Source: a virus
IMG/VR virus record: IMGVR_UViG_3300045825_000261
Coordinates: 1-64,000 of that record
Direction: 5' to 3' (one strand)
DNA: 64,000 nucleotides
The notes under the pieces: model-generated
The model's database searches: none
Seen by the model: only the letters and a program-made list of their open reading frames with translations
Told to the model about the DNA's origin: nothing
Translations under genes and position numbers: made by a program
Shown: positions 47,978 through 58,000 of the stretch, one piece after another
Layout: every line of letters starts with the position of its first letter
How positions within the stretch are numbered: position 1 is the first letter of the stretch

Positions 47978-48307
47978 TTATCCCCAGAATTCAGCGGAAA
48001 CCACACATGTTGCAGTTGCAATTACACTAATTGAAGCAATGTCCTCAACGCAGAAAAATGGCTGAACGGTGGCGGGAACAGACACCGACCCAATACCTGT
48101 AGTTACATCAATTGTTCCAGTTGTGGCTACTCCATTTGGGTTGTAGTAAAACAGTGCACCAGCAGACAGCCTCACAAAGCGAGCTCCGACAGGTTTAGCA
48201 AATGACTTTGCGACGTTTGCAACAAGCGCCACGGAGTTAATATAATCTGGAACGTTCTCTGTGTAGCAAAGAGAGTTGGCGTCCGCTGTGTAAATAAGTT
48301 TTTTCAT
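47978..48307 (-). CDS. small beta-rich, probably structural protein
   Basis: AGGA RBS; promoter at 48335-48362. Confidence 0.65.
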   Translation of the reverse strand: MKKLIYTADANSLCYTENVPDYINSVALVANVAKSFAKPVGARFVRLSAGALFYYNPNGVATTGTIDVTTGIGSVSVPATVQPFFCVEDIASISVIATATCVVSAEFWG

Positions 48308-48363
48308 AATATTTCCTATAAAAGTTAATAGCCAAGTATATCAGTTATGACTTATCTGTCCAG

Positions 48364-49665
48364 TTAAGACTCGTCTTTGTTTCGGTGATACCACTTCCCG
48401 CCTGAGATTGCAAAATCAGTAACGGTTACATAGTCAAAGTTGGTGGATCGCTTTTTCGTATCGACGTTAATTAGCGCGAACCCATTGTTCCAACGTTCGC
48501 CTTCACAATACGAAGCCGATCTTCTGTGCCCAGAGCCCAACTGATGCCACTCATATGGGCCGTAGATTGGGTTAAAGGCACTCCAAACCTGATGCTTGTG
48601 ATGATGCCCATTTACGCCAGCGAGCCCCATGTTTCGAGCATGTGGAAAGTGGTGACAAACAACTGTTTCCCAATAAATCTTGTAATTGTTTGCCAACTCT
48701 TTCTCTTGCTCGCGTTTTGTCCACGCTGCAAGGTCTGCTTTTGCAATATAGTTTATATCGAAGTCGTTAAGCCCAAGCAGCTTGCTCGCCGTAAACCCAT
48801 GCAGATCGGCAAGAACCGACCTGAGTGCCGGCGTTGCATCGGCAAGCTGACGAATCATTCTAGCCTCATGATTACCCTCAATGAGGTCAAATTGCGAGTC
48901 GGGGCAAGCCTCTCGAAGCGGTGCAAAGATTTTTTCATGCACAAACTTAATGCGACCCACTACATCCCATTCGCGAGGATCGACTAGATATTTGCCAAAC
49001 TCAGCAAGGTCAAACACATCGCCAACGAAACATATGACATCAGGCTGTACTCGCCTTGCGGTATCTATTAGAACGCGAAGATAGAATGGGTCAATTTCAA
49101 TGTCGTGAAGGTCGGAGCAGGTAAGAATTGTCTTGAAGCGATTGCTGTTCTCACGAATATATTTATCGGCGTAGTCCTGACGCTCGATACTCACCTGACG
49201 ATAATGATCGACGCTGGCGTGTTTCGCGATATTTCTTTCATGCGCGTGCTGTTGACGAGAAAGTTTTACACCGGCTTGTCGCTTGAACTCTTCAAAAGTT
49301 CCAAAATATCTATTCCACGTAGCTTCTGAAATTTTTGAATGGTTACGGAAATAGTTGCGAGTAACAATTTGCTCAACGTCAATTTCAGAAATCCTGCGAA
49401 GCTCGTCAAGGCAATCATCAGCAGTCCACTCGTCGTGAAATCTTGAAGAGTCTTCCGACATTGGAGCTTCGGAATGACATGCTCTCAATATGATTTTTGG
49501 CATTCGAGGATCGCTCTTAGACAGCCCTCGAATAACAGCCGCCTTATTTCTTACTGTCTTGATTGAAATGCCCAAGAATGCAGCAACGTCGGCGAGTGTG
49601 TGATACTTTTCCAAATCGTTGTAGATGGATAAGAAGTCGTCGCCTGATTTGATTTTATCAGCCAT
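48364..49665 (-). CDS. calcineurin-like metallophosphoesterase with N-terminal HTH
   Basis: SDLH, GDVFD, GNHE, GHHH; TLADVAAFLGISIKTVRNK. Confidence 0.85.
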   Translation of the reverse strand: MADKIKSGDDFLSIYNDLEKYHTLADVAAFLGISIKTVRNKAAVIRGLSKSDPRMPKIILRACHSEAPMSEDSSRFHDEWTADDCLDELRRISEIDVEQIVTRNYFRNHSKISEATWNRYFGTFEEFKRQAGVKLSRQQHAHERNIAKHASVDHYRQVSIERQDYADKYIRENSNRFKTILTCSDLHDIEIDPFYLRVLIDTARRVQPDVICFVGDVFDLAEFGKYLVDPREWDVVGRIKFVHEKIFAPLREACPDSQFDLIEGNHEARMIRQLADATPALRSVLADLHGFTASKLLGLNDFDINYIAKADLAAWTKREQEKELANNYKIYWETVVCHHFPHARNMGLAGVNGHHHKHQVWSAFNPIYGPYEWHQLGSGHRRSASYCEGERWNNGFALINVDTKKRSTNFDYVTVTDFAISGGKWYHRNKDES

Positions 49666-49686
49666 AAGTGTCTCGTGTGAAAGTGA

Positions 49687-49710
49687 AACGGCAGACCTAA
49701 GTCTGCCGCC
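49687..49710 (-). terminator. terminator after the lysis cassette
   Basis: CGGCAGAC-CTAA-GTCTGCCG with a U-tail on the minus strand. Confidence 0.7.
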
Positions 49711-49725
49711 TGTTAATCAGCAGGA

Positions 49726-50337
49726 TTACTGCCGTTTACTTAACGCCGCCCCTAATTGACCAATAGACGCAGAAAGCGCCTCACGATTGTCGCCAGAGCC
49801 CTTGCTTGAACCATAGTAATAACCCACCACCTGTTGAGCGTTTGCCGCCATGTAGCCAACCATAGTTCCGAGAAATGAGAACACCGCAGCCACCATACCA
49901 ACATCCTTTACTGTGATTCCTCCCGACAGTAGTAAATACGCTCCCCACATCGCCATTCCGATAGATATGGCAAATGTCGCCAAAATCACCGCGCCGAGCC
50001 TAAAAACGCTTTGGTTAGTTGCAAACTTATCACGAGCCTGTTGGGTGTCTGCGGCATAGGTCTGCGTCTCAGCGAGAGCTAGACGACTCATCTCCTCAAT
50101 GTGATTAAAGCCCAACGTTTGCATCTTTAACTTAAACTCACTATCCTTAACCTGCATATCCACAAGCTGCTCTGGGGTAGCAGCAGACACGGCAGATGAA
50201 ATTGCCTCACGTGTCGGCTTAACCTCAACGCCAATCGCCTCACTTACCGTATTTGCAGCCATGCTTATTAGCGCCGGTACGTTGCCTGATGCGGCTGCAC
50301 CGATCCAGGGCAATACTTTTGTCAAAAAATCTTCCAT
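49726..50337 (-). CDS. lysis-associated membrane protein
   Basis: two TM helices and a YYYGSS motif; follows the endolysin. Confidence 0.65.
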   Translation of the reverse strand: MEDFLTKVLPWIGAAASGNVPALISMAANTVSEAIGVEVKPTREAISSAVSAATPEQLVDMQVKDSEFKLKMQTLGFNHIEEMSRLALAETQTYAADTQQARDKFATNQSVFRLGAVILATFAISIGMAMWGAYLLLSGGITVKDVGMVAAVFSFLGTMVGYMAANAQQVVGYYYGSSKGSGDNREALSASIGQLGAALSKRQ

Positions 50338-50358
50338 AGTTTCCTCACTCGTGACTTA

Positions 50359-50778
50359 TCATGCTGTTGGGATTTTGCCGGCCTGTAAATCTACCAACTT
50401 CAACCCGCCAGTATATTGGCAGTGAGCCAATTCTTTGAACGCCTTCCAGTTGCCGGCCCATTCCAGACCGAGCGACGTGGCGATACGGCCGCACTTTTGA
50501 AATATCACCGTGTCATTCCACTGAGCCTTGCCATTTACGATGGGGCAAAAGTCGAAAGCAACTCGAAAATTGTGAAACGATTGCCCCGCCTTTGCGTTCG
50601 TAACGACCTTCCCAGGAACACTTCTCCCCTGAGCGTACAAAGCGCTCTGTGATGCCGCATCGCGATAGGTGCTCGTGATCAAGATATCTATACCGGCATC
50701 AGCGCAAAGCTTCACAAACTGCTCTGCAAGCGCTTTTACATGCGGGGTCAGATCATTTAAATCTCTACTGTTGATCAC
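50359..50778 (-). CDS. endolysin, M15 L-Ala-D-Glu peptidase
   Basis: YRD...LYAQGR..VTNAKAGQSFHN..AFD...ELAH. Confidence 0.92.
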   Translation of the reverse strand: MINSRDLNDLTPHVKALAEQFVKLCADAGIDILITSTYRDAASQSALYAQGRSVPGKVVTNAKAGQSFHNFRVAFDFCPIVNGKAQWNDTVIFQKCGRIATSLGLEWAGNWKAFKELAHCQYTGGLKLVDLQAGKIPTA

Positions 50779-50792
50779 TTTTAAACCTCACG

Positions 50793-51155
50793 CTAAACAT
50801 TATCGCCAGCGCGATAGTTTCGGTCAGCCCCAGAAGTGCGGACAGCTAAGCCAGACGACAGTTTGTCTTCAAATCTCGTTTCAATAATCTTGATAAACTC
50901 AACCCCCATGTGTCCAGCTAGACCAGTGCAGATTGCGGTAAGTGGAGCCGGCACATTAAACTGAAGACAGCCAAGCCAGCACATAAGCCCCGCAAAGCCA
51001 GACATGCCAAGGTGCATTATGACACTCCCAAACGAATGCTCATGTCCACGCTGAACTCTATGAAAATAACTCACAAGACCCCCCCAAAGCGCTGTTATCG
51101 CAGCAAGCCAAACATGAGTCCATTCCAAATTTCCAATAAGTGTCTTTTCAGGCAT
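50793..51155 (-). CDS. holin (LydA-like, 3 TM)
   Basis: WGGLVSY, SGFAG, GLAGHMG. Confidence 0.8.
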   Translation of the reverse strand: MPEKTLIGNLEWTHVWLAAITALWGGLVSYFHRVQRGHEHSFGSVIMHLGMSGFAGLMCWLGCLQFNVPAPLTAICTGLAGHMGVEFIKIIETRFEDKLSSGLAVRTSGADRNYRAGDNV

Positions 51156-51178
51156 ATTGTTTCCCTAACTTTGTTAAT

Positions 51179-51208
51179 TGCGGGTTAGCCAACTAGCCAA
51201 CCCGTTTA
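51179..51208 (-). terminator. hairpin between the tail genes and the holin
   Basis: CGGGTTAGC...GCCAACCCG. Confidence 0.45.
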
Positions 51209-51212
51209 AAAT

Positions 51213-51866
51213 TTAACCCTCGAAATAATCAACATCCATTGTCAACTGCCACGTACCGCCAGCATCCATAGCGACAGGACAACGAACGCCAATGCACTCG
51301 CCTGGACCGAGCTCATATGGCTGATCGTTCGGCGCAGTGTACTCGATTACCTTTTCGTAAAACGCGCCAGCCGCCCCGCAATGAGATAGAGTCATGCAGT
51401 CAAACGGGTACGCTTCCCAAATAATGCCGGTGGTGGTCAATGCTGTGGTTGTAGCCACGTTAATTGCTCCGCCGCTTGCCGCATCAAGCTGACTTGAGAT
51501 AGACGACATAACTTTCTTGGGGGCTGTGGCAATCGCCGTGCCGCCAGACGCGGCAGCGCCAGTGCCGCGATAAAGTTCAAGGCGACGACCCGCTGTGACG
51601 GGAACTGTAAATGCGGCTATCGTCGTCCACAGCAAGCGAATGCGCTGAAAGTGAAGCATTGATGTGACGTTTGCTGCGGGATTATTTCGCAAAACAACAA
51701 ACGCCGAGCCCGCTGCCTGAGCGGCGGCAAGCGTTCCTGTAGTTAGCGCAAGTTCGTACTGGCGATCATAACCAAGTGCGCGACCTGTCACAATCAAGCC
51801 GCCGGAACCAGAGTCGATAGTGATTGCTGCGCCTGATGCGGGGTCTCGAATAGCTGCGTCTAACAT
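51213..51866 (-). CDS. hypothetical structural protein
   Basis: AGGAG RBS; tail region. Confidence 0.65.
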   Translation of the reverse strand: MLDAAIRDPASGAAITIDSGSGGLIVTGRALGYDRQYELALTTGTLAAAQAAGSAFVVLRNNPAANVTSMLHFQRIRLLWTTIAAFTVPVTAGRRLELYRGTGAAASGGTAIATAPKKVMSSISSQLDAASGGAINVATTTALTTTGIIWEAYPFDCMTLSHCGAAGAFYEKVIEYTAPNDQPYELGPGECIGVRCPVAMDAGGTWQLTMDVDYFEG

Positions 51867-51878
51867 AATGCTCTCCTA

Positions 51879-53273
51879 TTAGTAGTGGTAGGACACATTA
51901 AATGTGCCCGTAAGTTGTTCGATACTTGTTGCGTAAATGGTGAAGCCAACTCCGGCGGTTACGGGAGAACAGGTTAAGCTCGCAAAAACACTCGCATATC
52001 GGTGATCGCTTGCTGTTCTGTCTACTGTCGGGCTTATTAAAAACCGCGCATCAACATTGCTCGTTGCGGTGATTGCGACCAATCCTGTTATGGATACCTG
52101 AGCTTCGTTAGAGCCTGGAAACGAGCCGAAGTTAATAACCGCCGTTCCGACGTTTCCAGACGATGCCGCTTGCGCGGCGGCAATTGCAGTAGTCGCACTC
52201 GCGGCGGCAGATGTGGCCGATCCTGTAGCCGATGCAGCGCTCGCTGCTGAGCTTGTTTCGCTCGCTGCGGAGGCCGCTGCTGACCCCGCTGAGGCGGTCG
52301 CGCTTGACGATGAAGCTGTCGCCTGCGCCGTCGCTATTCCAGCCTGAGTTATCGCCGCTGCTGCTGCTGCTGCTGACGCTGTTGCGGATGACTCCGACGC
52401 CGTTGCTTGCGTTGTTGCTTCAGTCGCTTTGGATGTTGCTATTGTTGCGAAATTAGAAGAGGCTGCCGCTGATGCTGCTGAAGCGGTTGCGGATGCCGCA
52501 GAAGCAACAGCTTGCGCTGTTGCTTCGGTAGCCTGCGCCGTTGCGGTTGTTGCTGAAGTTGCTGCCTCTGTCGCTTTGGACGTTGCTATTCCAGCTTGAG
52601 ACGTTGCTGTCGTTGCGCTCGCTGCTGCTCCTGTGGCTGACGCTGTAGCCGCTGTCGCTTGATTTGTCGCTGCTGTAGCCTGGGTCGCCGCAGAGAGCAG
52701 ACTTGCCGCTGCACCTGCCGCAGACGATGCAGCGTTGGTCTCCGAGGTTGCCGCGCCGTTCTTAGAACCTGTTGCGCTTGCGGCGCTTGCCGCTGAAGCT
52801 GTCGCGGAGACCGCTGCGTCCGTAGCCGAGCCACTAGCCGCCCCCGCACTACCGGCTGCCGCAACCTTACTTGTATTCGTCGCAACAACATCAGCCGCAG
52901 TAGAAGTTGCTGAAAGCGCGGCACTGGCTGCTGATGTGTTTGCCGCCACTGACGAAGCAAGTGCGGCTGTGGCTGATGCTGCCGCTTCTGCCGCTGTAGT
53001 TGCCGAGCCTGCTGCCGCTGCTACAGCGGCAGAAGCGGCGCTAGTTGCCGCTGCCGTGGCTGACGCTGCTGCGGATGTGGCTGACGCTGCTGCGGATGTG
53101 GCACTACCTTGTGCGGTTGCGATTAGTGAATCATATGCGGTTGGATCGAATAATCCGATTGGCCCTTGAATACCTTGAATACCCTGCGGCCCTTGTGACG
53201 ACTCTGCAATAACCTCGACAACGGCACTCTCGACGAGAATGTTTCCGTCAACCGATACAGTTATGATGTCCAT
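51879..53273 (-). CDS. Ala/Thr/Ser-rich fibre protein with short collagen-like GxY segment
   Basis: GPQGIQGIQGP; SATAAA heptad repeats. Confidence 0.8.
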   Translation of the reverse strand: MDIITVSVDGNILVESAVVEVIAESSQGPQGIQGIQGPIGLFDPTAYDSLIATAQGSATSAAASATSAAASATAAATSAASAAVAAAAGSATTAAEAAASATAALASSVAANTSAASAALSATSTAADVVATNTSKVAAAGSAGAASGSATDAAVSATASAASAASATGSKNGAATSETNAASSAAGAAASLLSAATQATAATNQATAATASATGAAASATTATSQAGIATSKATEAATSATTATAQATEATAQAVASAASATASAASAAASSNFATIATSKATEATTQATASESSATASAAAAAAAITQAGIATAQATASSSSATASAGSAAASAASETSSAASAASATGSATSAAASATTAIAAAQAASSGNVGTAVINFGSFPGSNEAQVSITGLVAITATSNVDARFLISPTVDRTASDHRYASVFASLTCSPVTAGVGFTIYATSIEQLTGTFNVSYHY

Positions 53274-53626
53274 TATTGAGTAACGCCCTGAGACAAAGTA
53301 ATCTTCCCTTGAAGCAGCCGTTGCCCAGTGCCATCTGGAGCAATCATCAGAAAGTCGTAAAACGCAGAGGTGAAGCTCATTGCAGCGGTTGCCGTTGACG
53401 AGATAATGATGTCGATCGTGCCATTTATGCCGCCAAGAACAATTCCGCCATTCGCTGTAGTTAAGTCAGCAATGACTGATGCGCCAGCGCCAATAGCAGA
53501 GCGAATCTGCATTCTTGCCGTATATCCGGTTAGGTTGATTGGTTTTTTCATGCGATCGCGCCACACCAAGCGCTGCTTGAATGTGGCATTTTGCTCAACA
53601 ATAAAGTTAGAAACGGCTGCGACCAT
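53273..53626 (-). CDS. fibre attachment/baseplate-upper-like protein
   Basis: PINLTGYTARMQIR...YD...RLLQG. Confidence 0.7.
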   Translation of the reverse strand: MVAAVSNFIVEQNATFKQRLVWRDRMKKPINLTGYTARMQIRSAIGAGASVIADLTTANGGIVLGGINGTIDIIISSTATAAMSFTSAFYDFLMIAPDGTGQRLLQGKITLSQGVTQ

Positions 53627-53650
53627 GATTGCCCTCGTAAATAATGACCG

Positions 53651-53679
53651 ATTGTATGGCGAGAATCTTAAAAAAGCAA
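53651..53679 (-). promoter_or_regulatory. sigma70-like promoter with adjacent palindrome
   Basis: TTGCTT-17-TACAAT; TAAGTCACGACTGAC abuts the -35. Confidence 0.6.
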
Positions 53680-53695
53680 GTCAGTCGTGACTTAT

Positions 53696-54976
53696 TTATG
53701 AGCCAGTGGTTTCTTTGATAAGTTTATACAGTCTGTTCATCCAAGCGTAGTCGCCGGAGTACCTTCCCCACTCTATTGCCATATAGAATGTAGGCGCAAT
53801 CGTTTCCGTCCAAGAAACGCCCTTTGTGTGAGAGCTTCTGTTGGCGGGGTTTTCTATTCCGGAGTTTGCGTGATAGTCAGAAACGCAAAATTCATGTAAT
53901 GGCAATAACGACTCGGTAAGCATACTTGGCCTGCCGGCTCTCGCGTTATTCATGTAGAACGTATGAAGCCCAACCATTGCTGCGGTATCGTTCGCTGCGG
54001 CTGTGGTTGGGAATGTGGCAACCGCTCCGGCCGGTGGGCCGTTGACAAGCATTGCGTAGGTGTTGAATATCTCCGCCATTTCCCAACCGACGGGGTTCGT
54101 AGAGAATGCACCAACAAGCAGGTTTGACATAAACGCTGTTCCGATCGCACCAGCGCCATCGCCATTCACTGTGGCGACACAGGATGTCATGTTGTACCCC
54201 CAGGACACTATGGCGTATCGAATAATTTTACCACCGGCGATAATCGGCGTAGCTACTGGCGCAACTGCCCCTGCGCCAGTAATTTGAAAACTTACGCTTG
54301 CGGTTGTGTATCCGGAACCCTCCGCAGTCTGGTATATTCCAGCAAGCGTGCCCGTTATAGTTTGGCGCTGTCTCGCGTAGATGTCATCAAGAAGTCTGCG
54401 ATACCACTTTAAAGCAATCGCATCCCCATCAACCCAATATTTGAAGATGCACGCTGCCGCAATTGTAGCGTAAGCGTACACCGCTCTATACGAATACCCC
54501 ACAGTACCATCAACATTAAAGTCTGACGGAGGATACCAATACGCGCCATCTGCAAGAATATTCACGTCAAGCCACGCCATCCAGTTGTCGAGAATTGTTT
54601 TGGCTTGTGCCGATCTGGTATAAAAGTAATGTTTGGCAACAGAGAGAAGTGCTCGATACATGTATCCAAACCAGTTATCTTGCGCCGGAAAGTACCACTT
54701 GTTGTCGGTTCTTGAAACATAAACGCCAGCAACATAGCCTGGAGTCTCAAGTGCCTCAAGCGAAACTCTTCCGTACATTGGCATAAATGGCCCAATAAGC
54801 TTCGCTGGAAACTGTGCCTTATACGCAAGCTGTGAGTCGGTCATCATGTTCAGCATTGAGGCGGAAATAGCTCTACCGTTTGGTGCCGTTAAGCCACTGG
54901 CATGCCACCCACTTATCCACGAATACCCCGGAGCCATCGGGCCACGCCATGTTCCGTATGCAATTGACCCACCCAT
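53696..54976 (-). CDS. (alpha/alpha)-barrel glycosidase-like tail protein, C-terminal half
   Basis: aromatic-rich helical repeats; AGAGG RBS. Confidence 0.6.
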   Translation of the reverse strand: MGGSIAYGTWRGPMAPGYSWISGWHASGLTAPNGRAISASMLNMMTDSQLAYKAQFPAKLIGPFMPMYGRVSLEALETPGYVAGVYVSRTDNKWYFPAQDNWFGYMYRALLSVAKHYFYTRSAQAKTILDNWMAWLDVNILADGAYWYPPSDFNVDGTVGYSYRAVYAYATIAAACIFKYWVDGDAIALKWYRRLLDDIYARQRQTITGTLAGIYQTAEGSGYTTASVSFQITGAGAVAPVATPIIAGGKIIRYAIVSWGYNMTSCVATVNGDGAGAIGTAFMSNLLVGAFSTNPVGWEMAEIFNTYAMLVNGPPAGAVATFPTTAAANDTAAMVGLHTFYMNNARAGRPSMLTESLLPLHEFCVSDYHANSGIENPANRSSHTKGVSWTETIAPTFYMAIEWGRYSGDYAWMNRLYKLIKETTGS

Positions 54977-55006
54977 AATTAACCTCTAAAGTTGATGATG
55001 CTGCAA

Positions 55007-58000
55007 CTACAATGTTCTTGCGATCATTTCAGCTAATGAAGCCTGAGTTGGTTGCAAGTTTATATTTGATATTTTTTTACTATCAACACTTGAGTGTCCA
55101 AACTCAACAGTCTGCGATATTGCTGCGAAGGATGTATCTGGGTTACTTGTGCCGCTGGACCCATTACAGACGATTTCGACCCCGGCAGCACCACACGATC
55201 CGCAAACCTTGTACTTAGTTCCGGTAGCGATTTGCATCGCTACGGTTGCGGAAAACAATACTCCAGCAATGCTTTTGTGCATGTTAATCGTGTTATTTTC
55301 TCGCGTTATGCCGAGCCAGTTAGCCGTATCGACTTTTGACAGCGCAAGGCACTCAATCGCTCCGGTTGTCGTTTTTGGAGTCCACTCAAGAGAAATTGTG
55401 CACGCGATTGTCCCAATTGTGCCGACAGACGTAACGCTAACCATGTCGCCATCTCTAAACTTCGGAACTGCTCCTGTCGCAATGTAACTTGTTACATTTG
55501 GACCGTCCTCCGCTTGAACAAAGTTGACAAGCCCAGAAACCGTGTAAATAACGGTTCCGGCGGACGTAACGTCAAATGTGAAGCTTGACGAGTACGTTGC
55601 AGCGCCGGTCGCAGATAGCGTCGCGGTTCCAGCGGCAACGGCAACAGTCCCAAATCCACTTAACCAAACGGTGTATGTTCCAACGGCGAGCGTCAAGCTC
55701 TCTTGCGTCATTGGGGCAGATGAATATAGGAAGTGATTTGTTCTGGGTGGCTCAACCAAAAGCTCTGGCAACGTTTGCACGGGGACGTAAGCCCCATTCG
55801 TCCACCCAAGAACGGCCGCTCCAGCCGCGAACACCGTGTTTGCAACAACCTCATACCCCGCTGAGTTAAGATGCAGCCAGTCATACCTTAACGAGCTAGG
55901 TGGAACGCCGTTTGCGAAGTCTATAACGTCTTGAGGGACAGATGAGTTATATGCGTTAATCAGTGGGGTCGTTACGTCAACAAATCTTGCTCCGTAAGTT
56001 GCGGATAGTTGTAGGTTGGTGCTTTGAATCTGTGAATAACCAACGCCGCCAATATACTCCGAAGTTGATGGGGTTATATACAGCATCGTATCGCCATTTA
56101 TTATTGACAGCACCAAGTAATTCGTATGCCCAACTGCGGCGACCATCGCTGCAATGTCTGCCAATATAGTCGTCTGGTCGTAGTAGTTGTTTCTACCCGC
56201 CCAAATAATTACGTGCTTATTGAACAGCGTTATGTCAGAAATTAGTCTATTAAGAATTTGAGTAGAGGTTTCACCGTCCACTCCTCGAATGTCGGGAGAC
56301 GGCCAATTGTGCGCTCTGGCAATTTGCTCTCCATACGGAATAAGAGGCGATACGCCATTACCATGCGTTAAGCTGTCACCATAACATGCGAGTTTTGTTC
56401 CGGATAAATGATTCACATCCCATCTATAATCCCCAACAAATATAGATGGGTTTGTGTCTGCCAAATTTGTTACATCCTCGTACATGCACTCGCTAATGAG
56501 AATATCAACGGCTTGAGAGTTTCTATTGTATGAATTTTTGCTTATAGATATTTCAAAATTCATTAAATTTGAAGAGTATTTTTGAGTAACGAAATATTCT
56601 TTCTCAACTGCGCCAATCACTACCTCCGCACCATACAAATACGGTGCACATGAAATCATTACTGATTGTGGGAGTCCTGTATTTGACTTTGCTAAAAACG
56701 ATATTGTTCCAGAACTGCCGAACGAAAATGTTGTAGGGTATATAACCTGACAAAAGTCCGACGCGAGCGTTCCCGCACCCGCGTTCATTTGCACTCGATA
56801 GGCCGGCCTTCCATTACTCATCGTTCCTGATTGTGTGACGATTGGTGGAGTGCCTGTTCCAGACTGCCACTTCTGCCATGCTGGCAGTGTCATATCTTGG
56901 GTTGAGATATGGTTCTCCGTCAACCTTCCGCCCTCAAATCTAGGCCAATTTTGCTTAACGCTTTTCAGCGCTCCACTGTAGTCAACCACGGTCGCGTCAG
57001 ACGCCCTAATCAGAGATACAGGAGCGTTTCCCGCGCTAGGTAGTAGCGATGATGATAGTGGAAGCGTAGTCATCGCCGCGCCCTGAGATACGGTTACTAA
57101 CTTAGAAATGGTTGGTGCAGGAAAATAGTCCGCATTACCTGGCTGACTTGCTACAATCTCACACACGCCAGCAGACAGCCCAACGACAAAGTTTCCAGAA
57201 ATGTAGCAGACGGATGGCGTTGTTGTGTTGTATTGAACCGCAAGCCCAGATGACGCAGACGCTCCAACTATGGATGCAGAGCCAACACCAATAACGGATG
57301 GTGTAACAAGCATTGAATTTATTTCTTGTCTACTTGCACCAGCTTGAGTTTTGGTCCACTGATACGTCCATCTTGGAATGCCAAGATACCTATTTGGATC
57401 GGCGATTGTTCCATCGTTGACCGTCTGATCAACTCTAACGCTCCCAAACCACACCTCATATGGCGTGCCAAGAGCATTGGTCTGAAACTCAAACTGAAAC
57501 CCGTTCAGTGTCGTTAAAACGTTAGAGGCCATTGTTTTTATAGAGTCGTATCTAACGCGGTTGATTATGAATTTTCCAGTCGTCATTGTGTTTGATGGCT
57601 CTACCTTAAACTCAACGGCGGGGTGAGCAAATGTAGTCTGCGAGAAACTAGGGGCCACACCAACCCATTTAATTGACAACGACTGCCACCCTATAACAAC
57701 GCTCTTCGTGCACGCGAATGTTGTTCCTGCGCTATCTTTTGCGGAAAATACAACTGATCCAGCAACGGATGAATAAAAGTCAAAATTGTAATTCGTGCTT
57801 CCGAGACTGGTTCCTGACGCGGCATTAAATACAAACCCGGCATACCCGGTTCCAGACCCATTAAAATTAAACGAAAACTCGTTTACCATTCTTGAGTTCG
57901 CCACGTCCTCTATCTCAAGAAACGATACGACGCCTCCAGGATTAACGTATGAAGAAACGTACCTGTGATCTATATGGTCAGCGTCATATACAACGTTCGA

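Noticed and set aside
54977-55009. Genome-wide TAG reassignment
   Set aside because: TAG ends several complete genes (dnaE, ligase, gmk) and no suppressor tRNA is seen.
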